A stretch of 64,000 nt of DNA from the NCBI GenBank assembly GCA_029258755.1, contig JAPDKC010000027.1, forward strand, positions 3,435-67,434, given 5' to 3'. Of the stretch, positions 10,261 to 20,296 are shown piece by piece. The notes beneath the pieces were generated by a model. It saw only the letters and a list, made by a program, of their open reading frames with translations, was not told where the DNA came from and ran no database searches. Numbering within the stretch: position 1 is the first letter of the stretch; the number at the start of each line of letters is the position of its first letter. The stretch is from an archaeon. Its GTDB lineage: Archaea; Iainarchaeota; Iainarchaeia; Iainarchaeales; DTGL01. A program made the translations under genes and the position numbers.

Positions 10261-12078
10261 TCACGCTTTATCTACAAGATTTAGTTTTGGATAGATGCAC
10301 AAAGCTTTTAGCTCATCCAATAAGAGCTTAAATGCATAGCTCATTTCTACTGGATAGACCTTTGAACCGCCGCAAACAGGACAATATTTCTTGTTTCTTA
10401 TCTTGTCATCAACAGCTACTATGCCGCACTTTTCGCATACGTATTGTATTACCTTGTCTGAGTCCTCCACTATTTTTTCCTGTAGCAGTAGGCTTGCACC
10501 GTGTCCTATCAAGGTTTCGCCTTCCATCTCACCAAAGCGCAAGCCACCTTCCTTTTCTTTACCTTCTGTTGGCTGCCTTGTGAGTATCTGCACCGGGCCT
10601 CTTGCTCTTGCTTGAATCTTGTGCGCTACCATGTGGTAGAGCCTTCTGTAAGCAATAACACCTGTAAATACCTTTCCTTCTATACGCCTTCCACTTATAC
10701 CATCATAAAATGTTTCCATGCCGTCAGGTCTTAAGCCATGTTGCATAAGTAGCTTTTCTAACTCTTCTTGGTCAACATCATTGAACGGTGTGCCATCTAT
10801 TTGCTCAGCTTTCATGCTAGCGGCCTTACCAGCAAGCATCTCGAGTAAATGCCCAATAGTCATTCTGCTAGGTATAGAGTGAGGATTGAGTATCAGATCA
10901 GGCTTTATCCCGCTTGCAGTGAATGGCATATCTTCCTCAGGAACTATTGCGCCAACAACCCCTTTTTGTCCATGCCTTGAGGAGAATTTGTCACCTACTT
11001 CCGGTATGCGATCGCTCCTTACCTTAACCTTCACTATAGTATCGCCTTGAGGCCCTTGTGTAAGTATAACTCGATCGACGTAGCCATCCATGCCCTTTCG
11101 CACAACAACGCTTGCCTCTCTGCGTCTCTCGCGTACTACGCCAAATTCTGCTATCTCCTCCAAAAATCTAGGCGGGGATGTTTTACCTATAACAACTTGC
11201 TTTCCTTTCACATAGGATTCAACTTCCGCTAAACCATCCTCGCCAAGGGCTTTGTATGCTTCCTCGCCTAAATAGCCCACTGTTTCCTCACTTGGCACTT
11301 CGAACTTATCTTTTTGGCCACCTGGATAGCGTGTCTGCGTAGATTCATAGGTTCTGAAATAGGAAAGCCTGCCTAAGCATCTATCTATAGCGCCTTTATT
11401 TATAACAACGGCATCCAGGGTATTGAATCCGTAGTAAGGAAGGATTGCAACAACAAAGTTTTGTATTTGTGGCCTTCTGTCAAGCCCTATAAGATCCATT
11501 GTTCTGGTTTTGACCAAAGCCTTCTGCGGATAATGGAGCAAATAGCTTTCTGTGTCTGTTCGCATGCGGAAGTTTGCTTGCCCAAAACCAACGGCTTGCT
11601 TAAACATCTTCGCGCCGTGTAATGCTTTTCCACTGAGATTATGGCTCAAGAACGGAATCATGCTTGTTATTATGCTCAGTATTGCAGCCGGATTAATTTC
11701 AAGATGCGTATGCTCTTTTGTTAAATCTTCCTCTTTTTCCGCTATCAATGCGTTCTCTTCCTCTTCAGCATCGAGGAATTCTATTATTCCCTGCTCAACC
11801 AAATCCTGCCAGCTTAGCTCGCCTCTCTTGACCTTTTCGATATGCTCCTTTGTAAGCTTTGGCTTTCCATTCTCAACAACGATTAAAGGCCTTTGTACCC
11901 TACCGGAGTCACAATTTATGTATATTTCATTAGTGTGCTTATGGTAAGCGATGTTTACCTGAGAATCTATAATATTATTTCTTCTGGCCTCTATAAGCTC
12001 CTTTGTAAGCGCTTCCGGATTTGGATGAAAGCCGATAAGCTTTCCATTAATATAAACTTTTGCCTTTTCTCTCGCCAT
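10261..12078 (-). CDS. rpoB1: DNA-directed RNA polymerase subunit B' (C-terminal half of split B)
   Basis: 605 aa. GDKFSSRHGQKGV motif and a C-terminal Zn ribbon CEKCG...CPVCG. Confidence 0.92.
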   Translation of the reverse strand: MAREKAKVYINGKLIGFHPNPEALTKELIEARRNNIIDSQVNIAYHKHTNEIYINCDSGRVQRPLIVVENGKPKLTKEHIEKVKRGELSWQDLVEQGIIEFLDAEEEENALIAEKEEDLTKEHTHLEINPAAILSIITSMIPFLSHNLSGKALHGAKMFKQAVGFGQANFRMRTDTESYLLHYPQKALVKTRTMDLIGLDRRPQIQNFVVAILPYYGFNTLDAVVINKGAIDRCLGRLSYFRTYESTQTRYPGGQKDKFEVPSEETVGYLGEEAYKALGEDGLAEVESYVKGKQVVIGKTSPPRFLEEIAEFGVVRERRREASVVVRKGMDGYVDRVILTQGPQGDTIVKVKVRSDRIPEVGDKFSSRHGQKGVVGAIVPEEDMPFTASGIKPDLILNPHSIPSRMTIGHLLEMLAGKAASMKAEQIDGTPFNDVDQEELEKLLMQHGLRPDGMETFYDGISGRRIEGKVFTGVIAYRRLYHMVAHKIQARARGPVQILTRQPTEGKEKEGGLRFGEMEGETLIGHGASLLLQEKIVEDSDKVIQYVCEKCGIVAVDDKIRNKKYCPVCGGSKVYPVEMSYAFKLLLDELKALCIYPKLNLVDKA

Positions 12079-12079
12079 T

Positions 12080-13549
12080 TTAATCCAACCTCACACCTTT
12101 TTCCCTCAGAATCTTTATTATAGCATCCTCTTTTGTGTCAGTAGTTACCCTTGAAAGCAGGGCAAGATTCTTTACTAAGCCACATTGCGGACCATCAGGC
12201 GTTTCTATGGGGCAGAATCTACCCCAATGCGTTCCATGCACATCCCTAGCTTCATAAAGCTCGCGGTTTTTGTTTAAAGGGCTCTTAACCTTTCTTATGT
12301 CTGTAAGTGGGCTTAAGTAATTAACTCTGTCCATAAACTTGCTTACTCCTGTTGCTCTGCCTATCCAATTGCCGGTTGCCATCGCAAACCTAATGCGCTC
12401 GGTTATAGCATCAGGTCTCACTATAGTGCTTATATTGAGCTTCCTGCGCCTCGTTACGGTTCTGTCTATCTGGAATTTCAAATCTTTTATGAAATATTTA
12501 AACGCATACCTGAAAAGATGCTCCATAAGCTTTCCGGAAAGCTCAACTCTTTTGTTTGCGTAATGATCTTTATCATCTTCTTCTCTTAGGTTGTATGCTG
12601 TTTCTATAGCCTTTGTAGCCATCATCCCAAGATAGAAAGCTTTTGCTAAGCGATCTGCTTTGCTCTGCCCTATATGCGGAAGCAAGAAACCATCTATGAC
12701 TTCTTGTGCCCTTCTCAAGCGATAGTCAATAACCTGACCAGGAGCAACGCTTCTTCCTATCTTATCAAGAGCTTCCCTTTCGCTAGCAATTTCCGTATTT
12801 TCCCAATTCAGCAATATATCGTTTTCAACTTCCGCTTCACTATAGGTAAAAGCAGACCTTATTTCCTCAAGCGTATCCATTCCCAAAGCTTTCATTAAAA
12901 CAAAAAGCTTTAGCTTCTTCGGGGAGCTTGGGAAGGTAACATAAAGCATGCCATTTGCCTTTCTTGTAATTCGCACACGGCCTTTAAAAGCACCGCTTGT
13001 GCTTATAACCTCGACAACTACATCGCCAGCGGCATTCTTTTCAGAAACCATAACACGGTCTGAGCACAACACTTCCTGTGACATCAGCGCTTTTTCAGAA
13101 CCATTTATTATAAAATAACCCCCAAAGTCGCAGGGATCTTCACCCATCTCTATAAGCTCTTCCTCACTTTTGCCATAAAGCCAGCATTTCTTTGACTTTA
13201 GCATTATAGGCAGATCTCCAACGTAAACAGTTCTTGAATCCTGCTCAATATCTCTGCGGAAGAGCTTCATATCCAAATAGATAGGACCTGCATAAGTCAT
13301 GTTTCTTATGCGCGCTTCCATGGGCCAGAAGTCGCTTCTCGGCGAGCCATCGGCTTCTACTATGCGTGGCTTTAGGACCTGAATATTATCTATTTCAACC
13401 CTTACCTCCTCTATCTTTGGCACAATAACCTGATTTTCCTTCACAATCTCTGGCAGCTTTTCCTCTATAAATTGATTGAAGCTCTTTATATCTTGCTCGG
13501 CAATGCTTTTGCCTCTATAAAAAGATTCAATTAAAGGCCATGTATCCAT
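12080..13549 (-). CDS. rpoB2: DNA-directed RNA polymerase subunit B'' (N-terminal half of split B)
   Basis: 489 aa. N-terminal rpoB lobe/protrusion-like sequence immediately upstream of B', with a 1-nt gap. Confidence 0.9.
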   Translation of the reverse strand: MDTWPLIESFYRGKSIAEQDIKSFNQFIEEKLPEIVKENQVIVPKIEEVRVEIDNIQVLKPRIVEADGSPRSDFWPMEARIRNMTYAGPIYLDMKLFRRDIEQDSRTVYVGDLPIMLKSKKCWLYGKSEEELIEMGEDPCDFGGYFIINGSEKALMSQEVLCSDRVMVSEKNAAGDVVVEVISTSGAFKGRVRITRKANGMLYVTFPSSPKKLKLFVLMKALGMDTLEEIRSAFTYSEAEVENDILLNWENTEIASEREALDKIGRSVAPGQVIDYRLRRAQEVIDGFLLPHIGQSKADRLAKAFYLGMMATKAIETAYNLREEDDKDHYANKRVELSGKLMEHLFRYAFKYFIKDLKFQIDRTVTRRRKLNISTIVRPDAITERIRFAMATGNWIGRATGVSKFMDRVNYLSPLTDIRKVKSPLNKNRELYEARDVHGTHWGRFCPIETPDGPQCGLVKNLALLSRVTTDTKEDAIIKILREKGVRLD

Positions 13550-13553
13550 AAGG

Positions 13554-13838
13554 TCACCTTACTACTCTATAATACAAGCTCTTCCCTGCTGTAGGCGAAA
13601 CGCGCTCTATCTCTATTATGTCGCCTGGCTTTGCCTTAAGCTTCTTTATTGCGGGGTCGGAGCGAAGTATTATGGGCAGCATGTCTTTTGTTGCATGTAA
13701 CTTTTTCAGAATTTCTTCTTCCTTCTCTTTCGGCACAATTGTGTGCTTTGGAACTAGAAAATGCCTTCGCTCCTCCACCCTATCGCCTGCCTTTTCGGCT
13801 TCTAAACTGAAAAAATCGTCACACTTATAGCTAAGCAA
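13554..13838 (-). CDS. rpoH: DNA-directed RNA polymerase subunit H (Rpb5 homolog)
   Basis: 94 aa. HTIVPKEKEEEIL...IIEIERVSPTAGKSLYYRVV is typical RpoH. First gene of the rpo cluster. Confidence 0.85.
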   Translation of the reverse strand: MLSYKCDDFFSLEAEKAGDRVEERRHFLVPKHTIVPKEKEEEILKKLHATKDMLPIILRSDPAIKKLKAKPGDIIEIERVSPTAGKSLYYRVVR

Positions 13839-13905
13839 ATTTTTCCTATTCTAATCTTTATCTATGGAAACAATTTTAAATCTTACCTAAGATTCTGGTT
13901 TTTGA
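13839..13905. promoter_or_regulatory. Divergent intergenic region, putative promoters for the rpoH operon (minus) and the MscS gene (plus)
   Basis: 67-bp AT-rich spacer with TATA-like tttaaat / ctttatc elements between divergent starts. No experimental support. Confidence 0.3.
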
Positions 13906-14721
13906 ATGGCTTTTACAGATATATTTGCAAGCTTCAATCCTTCATTCTTCCAGCAAGGAATCTTTGCAGAGAAGCTTTTAGGCATAGCACTTGGCAACTA
14001 TGCGCTTTGTTTCCTAACTATACTGCTCTTCCTTATTTTGGGTAAGATCGCTGTTTTCATATTTGGGCGTTATGTGCGCAAGCTGGCAGCAAAAACAAAA
14101 AGCAAGTTTGATGATATTATCGCTGAGACGCTTTCTAAGCCAATGCTTTGGCTTTTTGTTCTTGCTGGCTTTTACTTTGGAATAAGATTTCTTAGCTCGC
14201 AAGCTAGCATACTAGCGCTTGCAGATACTATAGTTTCGTCACTCGCCATCTTGCTAATAGCTTGGCTTTTCTGGCGCTTTGTTGACTCTGCAATCAAGTT
14301 TTACTTTATTCCGATTGCTAAGAAAACAGCAACGCAGCTCGATGAGCAGCTTATTTCGTTTGCAAGGAACGTTGCAAAAGCAGCAATAGGCATAATAGCA
14401 ATCTCGATGCTCTTAGAAAAGTTTGGTTACGATATAACCGCATTAGTAGCAAGCCTTAGCATAGGCAGCTTAGCTTTAGCTTTTGCTGCAAAAGAAACCA
14501 TAACAGATATATTTGGTGGTATAAATTTACTCGCTTCACAACCATTCGTTGTTGGAGATAAGGTTAAGATAGGCAGCAGCGTAGGAAAGGTTAAAGAAAT
14601 AGGGCTAATGCACATTCGCTTGGTAACCGATGAGGGCTACCTAATAACAATTCCAAATAGAAAGGTTGCTAGCTCAGAGATAACAAATATGAGCGCAGCA
14701 AAGCGGAAGAAGCAAAAATAA
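13906..14721 (+). CDS. Small-conductance mechanosensitive channel (MscS family)
   Basis: 271 aa. N-terminal TM helices plus an MscS-type beta domain (ITIPNRKVASSEITN). Confidence 0.8.
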   Translation: MAFTDIFASFNPSFFQQGIFAEKLLGIALGNYALCFLTILLFLILGKIAVFIFGRYVRKLAAKTKSKFDDIIAETLSKPMLWLFVLAGFYFGIRFLSSQASILALADTIVSSLAILLIAWLFWRFVDSAIKFYFIPIAKKTATQLDEQLISFARNVAKAAIGIIAISMLLEKFGYDITALVASLSIGSLALAFAAKETITDIFGGINLLASQPFVVGDKVKIGSSVGKVKEIGLMHIRLVTDEGYLITIPNRKVASSEITNMSAAKRKKQK

Positions 14722-14724
14722 TGC

Positions 14725-15168
14725 TTAGCTTTTAGCGCTTTTTTTCTTTTCTTTTAAGTTAACTATTCTGGCGCTGTAAAGAATAAAAAATACAATAAGC
14801 GCCGTTGTTACTGCTGTTATATATTCGCCCAAAGCAACAGCAAGCCCTATAGCGGAAACAACCCATAGGTCAGCAGCTGTTGTTAGGCCCCTTATTCTTG
14901 TTTCCGATCTGAATATAGCGCCCGCACCTAAGAAACCTATGCCTGTAACTATGCCTGCTGCCACTCGCGAGGGATCGACATTTGCAAATGAACCAAAGCT
15001 CATTGAAACAAGAGTGAAAACGCAAGCGCCCAAGCAAACCAAAGCGTGCGTTCTCACGCCTGCAGGCTTGTTCTTCGCTTCCCTTTCAAAGCCGATTATG
15101 GCACCTAAAGCAGTGGCTAAAAGAAGCCGTGCGATAAGCTCAATATTGCTTATGTACATGCTAACCAT
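14725..15168 (-). CDS. MgtC/SapB family membrane protein
   Basis: 147 aa. LLLATALGAIIGFEREAKNKPAGVRTHALVCLGACVF matches the MgtC N-terminal domain signature. Confidence 0.75.
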   Translation of the reverse strand: MVSMYISNIELIARLLLATALGAIIGFEREAKNKPAGVRTHALVCLGACVFTLVSMSFGSFANVDPSRVAAGIVTGIGFLGAGAIFRSETRIRGLTTAADLWVVSAIGLAVALGEYITAVTTALIVFFILYSARIVNLKEKKKSAKS

Positions 15169-15172
15169 TTTT

Positions 15173-15391
15173 CTATGCTTTTTTAAGCTCCTTCCGCTCT
15201 TTGAGCCAAACTTCCTTGAATTCCGCTATCTCCTCTTCGCTTAAGCCGAGCTCTCTAAGTTTCTCTACATGCTCTTCAAAGCTCATCTGCATGTATTGCT
15301 TGCGCCATGCCTTCATTTCTGGCGTATCTGGCAACGGCTTACCTTCTCGAGCTCTTTTTCGCACCATGTTGTTAATTTTTAAGAAAAGCAA
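15173..15391 (-). CDS. Small hypothetical protein (basic N-terminus, acidic helix)
   Basis: ORF only; no recognisable family. Confidence 0.35.
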   Translation of the reverse strand: MLFLKINNMVRKRAREGKPLPDTPEMKAWRKQYMQMSFEEHVEKLRELGLSEEEIAEFKEVWLKERKELKKA

Positions 15392-15409
15392 AATTTTATA
15401 ATAATACGC

Positions 15410-15772
15410 CTATTTTTTGCCGAAGGAAATTTTAACTACATCAAAGCTATCGTAAAAAGATATTCTCTTTTGAGATTTATAGATTATGATATGTGTTGCT
15501 ACTACCTCTGGATTCAGGTAGGGGGTTTCTTTTTTCAGTATTTTTTTCGTTTTTTCATTTAAATGTCCTTTCAAAAATTTTATGCCTGTTTTACCAAAAT
15601 GCTTATACCTTATCTCTCCTTCCAAGATTTTAAATTTAAACAATTCCGGATCAATGCTTTCTTTTTCCACATATTCTATGATAAAGGTATCAAAACCTTC
15701 ATCTAAAGCTTTATCTAAATATTTTTGCCATTTTTTCTGATTTGTTTCGCCTATGCTCAAAATTTTTAGCAC
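15410..15772 (-). CDS. Hypothetical protein
   Basis: 120-aa ORF, Lys-rich, no recognisable motif. First gene of the AT-rich island. Confidence 0.45.
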   Translation of the reverse strand: MLKILSIGETNQKKWQKYLDKALDEGFDTFIIEYVEKESIDPELFKFKILEGEIRYKHFGKTGIKFLKGHLNEKTKKILKKETPYLNPEVVATHIIIYKSQKRISFYDSFDVVKISFGKK

Positions 15773-15801
15773 CTTTATTTACATCTTTTTTGTGAACTCT
15801 A

Positions 15802-17103
15802 CTACCCACTGGGTGATGCAACAATAAAAACAAACCCGCTTAAAGACACATACAGGAGGAAGCATAGTAAGAGCCCAGTTGTAGTTCCCACTGCAATCGG
15901 TGCAGCATCCTGGGGAATGTTTTTATACGCTTCCAATCCCACCTCAATAGCTTTCTGACTTACTTGATAAGGTACAATCCACAAAAATTTTTTAATTTCA
16001 TTTCCTATTCTGTATGTATCTCTATCACAAATTTTCTTACATATCCTACTGGCAGAGTCATATATAAATGTACATAGTTTGGCTCTAGTATCGTAAAAGA
16101 TCCCTATATGAAGTTCAACAATCCATTTTCTTTGTGCCCTGTCATATACTTTTATATTTACGTGTTGCGTAGGTGCTTTAAGTGCTGGTTCTCCACATGC
16201 TTTTGCAGCCCCAGGCAAGGAGTGAGAGTGAGCATACACTATTACTTCATAATTTCCGCTGACCTCTTTGTAAAGAATTTTTGTGGCTCCTGCTATAGAT
16301 GGGGGATAGTTATAATAGCTTCCTCTATAGGAGTAAGGAGTATATGAACGCCTATAGGGAGAACAAGAACCGTAGGATCTTCCAGCAGTTCCTTCTTCTA
16401 TGACTCTTACACGCACAGTATCATTTATGCCATATCCAAATAGAGGTCCAACACCAAGTACACATCTCAATCCTTCTTCGCAGTCACTATCGTTCTTGCA
16501 ACCTTTTCCACCCTCCCTTATTTTCCCGCCACTTTGCGTATTTCCATACAACCATGAGTATTTTCTGTACCAATAACTAGACTGGGGAGTTCTTCTATAT
16601 GGTGAGGAATAACTACGATATCCAGATTTACATTCTTTTTTTACAGGATCGCATCCATATGGGCAGTATTTCCTTCCTGAAGAAAAATAGTTTCCATATA
16701 CGGTACCAGAAGGCCACTCAAGACATCTGTCGCTATCGTAGTTTCCACAAGTTTCTAAATAATTTCCATTGCATCTTTTTTCTCCAAATGTACATTCATT
16801 ATAGCAGCCCCAAGAGGATCGCCAATAGCTGCTCGAGGCATTGGTGGTTTTTGAATAATTGCTGTAAGAGATTGTTCTAAAAGAATGGTAATAATTTTGA
16901 CTGAATCTTCTGCTTATGTTATATCTATGGAGCACTCTATATGGGTTTTCTGTCAGAGAAGTGTTTTTCCATCGAGAGTTTCTATAAGGATAATAATAGT
17001 GCCTAATTATATACGCATTAACAGGAACAATGGAAATGAGAAGGAATATCACAAGAATTAGGGAAAAGGCCCTTAATATCTTGCCCAATTTTGTATATCG
17101 CAT
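15802..17103 (-). CDS. Cys/Tyr/Ser/Arg-rich secreted protein with N-terminal signal anchor and C-terminal TM anchor
   Basis: 433 aa. N-terminal hydrophobic LILVIFLLISIVPVNA; >20 Cys; long Y/S/R/N low-complexity segments. C-terminal GTTTGLLLCFLLYVSLSGFVFIVASPSG hydrophobic tail. Confidence 0.6.
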   Translation of the reverse strand: MRYTKLGKILRAFSLILVIFLLISIVPVNAYIIRHYYYPYRNSRWKNTSLTENPYRVLHRYNISRRFSQNYYHSFRTISYSNYSKTTNASSSYWRSSWGCYNECTFGEKRCNGNYLETCGNYDSDRCLEWPSGTVYGNYFSSGRKYCPYGCDPVKKECKSGYRSYSSPYRRTPQSSYWYRKYSWLYGNTQSGGKIREGGKGCKNDSDCEEGLRCVLGVGPLFGYGINDTVRVRVIEEGTAGRSYGSCSPYRRSYTPYSYRGSYYNYPPSIAGATKILYKEVSGNYEVIVYAHSHSLPGAAKACGEPALKAPTQHVNIKVYDRAQRKWIVELHIGIFYDTRAKLCTFIYDSASRICKKICDRDTYRIGNEIKKFLWIVPYQVSQKAIEVGLEAYKNIPQDAAPIAVGTTTGLLLCFLLYVSLSGFVFIVASPSG

Positions 17104-17208
17104 CTTATAATTTTGTTTTTTGTTAAAAATCTTTTAAAATTTATTTTTGGTAAATTTAATTTAACATTTTCCATAAACTTTTTATTACATTGAGTTCTAA
17201 AGTTTCTT

Positions 17209-17886
17209 ATGCTAGACGAATCCAAGAAAAACGAAATAAAAAGATTTGTAAAAGAATGGGTAAAAAGAAAATTCAACGAACTTTCTAAATTGGATCCCTC
17301 TGAATTACATCCAAATCCATTTTTACTTAGAGCTTTAGGAATCAAAGAAAATACCAAGGAAGCCTTTGAATTCGGGATTCGGCAAAGGATTGAAAGGAGT
17401 CTCGTCACATCTTTCGGACAATCTGTATTTGAAACTATGTTAAAGATTTTAGGCTTTGAAAAATCTAAAATAGAGGATATTGATCTTATTTTTGAAAAAG
17501 AAGGTACTAAATATTTTATTCAGTTAAAAAGTGGTCCTGAAGGATTCACAAGACCTGCTCTTAGTAAAACTAAACAAACTTTTGAAAAAATTAAATCTAC
17601 ACACCCAGATTGTAAAACGGTAATAGCTTTTGGTTATGGTGTGGCACAACGCCTTTCTCCAATTTGGGGGAGAGAAGCTAAAGAAAGTGCAGACTTACTT
17701 CTTATAGGAAAGGATTTTTGGGATTTCTTTTTGGGAGAGGGTACTTATGAAGAATTATTAAAAATATTTGAAGAAGCAGGCAATGAAGTAGTAAAAGAAA
17801 CGGGTGAAAAAGAAGGGTTGTACATCACTTTAGTCAGAAAGTTGTTGGAAAAGGTAAAGAATTTATTACAATTAGAAGAAATCTAA
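17209..17886 (+). CDS. Putative PD-(D/E)xK-like nuclease, candidate Type II restriction endonuclease
   Basis: 225 aa. IEDIDLIFEKEGTKYFIQLKSG resembles a D...(E/Q)xK catalytic core. Convergent, 7 bp from the stop of the adjacent DNA methyltransferase gene. Confidence 0.35.
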   Translation: MLDESKKNEIKRFVKEWVKRKFNELSKLDPSELHPNPFLLRALGIKENTKEAFEFGIRQRIERSLVTSFGQSVFETMLKILGFEKSKIEDIDLIFEKEGTKYFIQLKSGPEGFTRPALSKTKQTFEKIKSTHPDCKTVIAFGYGVAQRLSPIWGREAKESADLLLIGKDFWDFFLGEGTYEELLKIFEEAGNEVVKETGEKEGLYITLVRKLLEKVKNLLQLEEI

Positions 17887-17893
17887 ATTTCAC

Positions 17894-20296
17894 CTATTGC
17901 GGTAAGATTACTTTAGTAATAAACCCATTCTTGGTTGTGTCTATGGTATTTTTCTTACGAAGATCCACTAATGAAATATTAAAATATTTACAGACAAGAG
18001 TGCTTAGTTTAGGGCTCACTGACCCAAATATCTTTTTCAAAACATGTAAAAATATTAAACACTTATTGTGATTTGACAAATATCGTGAAAGATAATTCAA
18101 TATATTCTCATTTTTAGCGATTTTTATATATGCTTCTATACCTAACACTATACCCTGGGGTAAAATTACTTGCTGAAATAATTTATTCTTCTCTTGACAA
18201 TTTTTATAGTTGAAAGAAGTTAATTTTGCAGATGACGCGGCCATAAGAGTCAATAACCTTTCCCACTCTTGAATTTCATCATGAGGGCATATTTTTGCAT
18301 TTTGTAATAGAAGATCTACTTTTTTACAAAAGTTTAAAACTTCTTCCTTATCAAATTCTTTTTCTTTTCCATTTTTGTTAGCTATAATTAGTATTGTTCT
18401 ATTAAGCTTTGGTTCACCAAACATACTTACACTTCTTGTGGGATGTTCAGATACTATTGGATAAAACCCTTCTACTTTAAAGCCTGAAATGAAAAGAGAG
18501 TAGAGTATAGATTCCCACGCATTCCATGATTTATGAGTAAACCAAAGAATAAGTTTTCCATTATCCTTTAAAGCATCGTATGAAGCCCTCAAAAATTCTA
18601 CAAAATTTTTCTTATATTTTTCTACTTCTTTTTGAAAGTTATTACCCTTTTTGACTATTAATTCATCTTTTCTCGGAACGAATGGTAGTTTTGGATCCCA
18701 CCCAATAAATTCCCAACTTTTCTTTCCGTCTATCTCTTCATTAAAGAAATGCTTTTCTAAAATATCTTTTAATGAGTTTCTAAGGAAAATCCAAAAGAAT
18801 TCGCTAAGATCGCTATATATATGTTGGTCAAAATAAGGTGGATCTACATTTATTATATCTAGAGTTTTCCTTCCTAAATAATTAATTCTTTTTGCGTCAA
18901 ATTGTAAAATCTTACACTCCACGTTTACGTTTTCTAATTGTTTTACTAGTTCATTCACCACTGGAAAAATACCACCACCAGTAGTAGAAGAGGAGTTTGG
19001 TTCAAAAACCCAATATAAATTCTTAAAGGGTACTACTGCTTCAGAAAAGGTTAGATTTATCTGTATTTTTCTAGAACGAGCATATTGTCCTATTGTATCT
19101 CTAATACTTTTGTTAGTAAAGTTCCAAGTAGTCAAAATGGTATTAAAATCTACCATTTTACTTAAACCAAAAGAAAGATAAAGAGAAACGGCAGCTCCTA
19201 ATTCTCCATATTCATTTATAAGTTGTAATGATTTTTTGCGAATATATATCGTCAGTAAAACTAGACTAAGAAGTTGCCTAGGATTAAAAATCTCGTACCA
19301 ATATTTGATGTCATGTTCAAGTAAAGATGAAAAAACTTTATTTTCTTTAAGAATTTCTTCTTTTGGGAGGAATTTATCAAATTCACTTGTGTGGTCGGAG
19401 AGAAAGTTTGCAGCATCTACAAGTTTTAAATAGTCTTCTTCTTTAGGTTTTCTATAATTTCTGTTTTTATCCTTTATAAATAGGATTGGATAAACTTTCT
19501 TTATTTCTTCTTTGCTAACTTTCATTCCTCCGATAATCTTAGAGATAATTGTTTTATGTTCGTGGACCCACTCTTTTATTAAGGTATTTTTATTTTTCTC
19601 AAATTTTCTTCTACAATTATCGCATCTCACACTAAGAATATTTTTCTTTTTGACAACGTTTTTTTCTAAATCTAATGTTATTTGATTTCCGCAAAACGGA
19701 CATTCTACAATTTTCGAAAAGATATATGCATCATCACTTTCATTATAGAATTTTCGAAGTTTGAAATTAGCAAACTCTAGGAGTTTTTCAATCTCATTTT
19801 TTAAGAGGTTTAAGAGCTTTCTTTTAAACTTTAATGGAAATTCTATAGTCCCTTTTAATATAAGGTAAGCTACCGGATTATAATCAAAAGCAATAGTATC
19901 GGCTCCCAGTAAAACGCTTTCCAATGGAATTGAACCACCACCTGCCATTGGATCACAAAGGGTTATTGGTATTTTAAGAGGTGTTGGTAAGGTATATGAG
20001 ATAAGTGGTGGATAATTTTCTTTCACTTTTGAATGAATTTTATTCATGTTAAATAATTCAGAAATTTTTTGAGAGTTACATGCTAGTAAAACTGAAAATC
20101 TTGCCATGGACCTAGGTCTTCGTGCTAACCAAGGATGTATACTTCTAATTTTAGGATCAAAAAAATGTTTTGGGAATGGTATATTTAGTTCTTTACATCT
20201 CGCTATATAGGATGAACGGGGTTTATAACTCATTTCTATTGCAGCATCTCTATTTATTTCACGAAAAATTTCCAAAAATTCGTTGTCAATTTTCAT
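17894..20296 (-). CDS. DNA methyltransferase, DUF1156-type (N6-adenine/N4-cytosine class)
   Basis: 800 aa. HPWLARRP DUF1156-type motif. DPMAGGGSIP as SAM-binding motif I. Zn ribbon CPFCG...CDNCRRKF. Catalytic DPPY motif (INVDPPYFDQ). Confidence 0.8.
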   Translation of the reverse strand: MKIDNEFLEIFREINRDAAIEMSYKPRSSYIARCKELNIPFPKHFFDPKIRSIHPWLARRPRSMARFSVLLACNSQKISELFNMNKIHSKVKENYPPLISYTLPTPLKIPITLCDPMAGGGSIPLESVLLGADTIAFDYNPVAYLILKGTIEFPLKFKRKLLNLLKNEIEKLLEFANFKLRKFYNESDDAYIFSKIVECPFCGNQITLDLEKNVVKKKNILSVRCDNCRRKFEKNKNTLIKEWVHEHKTIISKIIGGMKVSKEEIKKVYPILFIKDKNRNYRKPKEEDYLKLVDAANFLSDHTSEFDKFLPKEEILKENKVFSSLLEHDIKYWYEIFNPRQLLSLVLLTIYIRKKSLQLINEYGELGAAVSLYLSFGLSKMVDFNTILTTWNFTNKSIRDTIGQYARSRKIQINLTFSEAVVPFKNLYWVFEPNSSSTTGGGIFPVVNELVKQLENVNVECKILQFDAKRINYLGRKTLDIINVDPPYFDQHIYSDLSEFFWIFLRNSLKDILEKHFFNEEIDGKKSWEFIGWDPKLPFVPRKDELIVKKGNNFQKEVEKYKKNFVEFLRASYDALKDNGKLILWFTHKSWNAWESILYSLFISGFKVEGFYPIVSEHPTRSVSMFGEPKLNRTILIIANKNGKEKEFDKEEVLNFCKKVDLLLQNAKICPHDEIQEWERLLTLMAASSAKLTSFNYKNCQEKNKLFQQVILPQGIVLGIEAYIKIAKNENILNYLSRYLSNHNKCLIFLHVLKKIFGSVSPKLSTLVCKYFNISLVDLRKKNTIDTTKNGFITKVILPQ

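Noticed and set aside
17073-17408. 111-aa minus-strand ORF overlapping the start of the putative REase gene and the upstream AT-rich promoter region.
   Set aside because: Low-complexity Leu/Phe/Ser/Asn peptide produced by AT-rich intergenic DNA. No coding signal, and it overlaps a better plus-strand gene.
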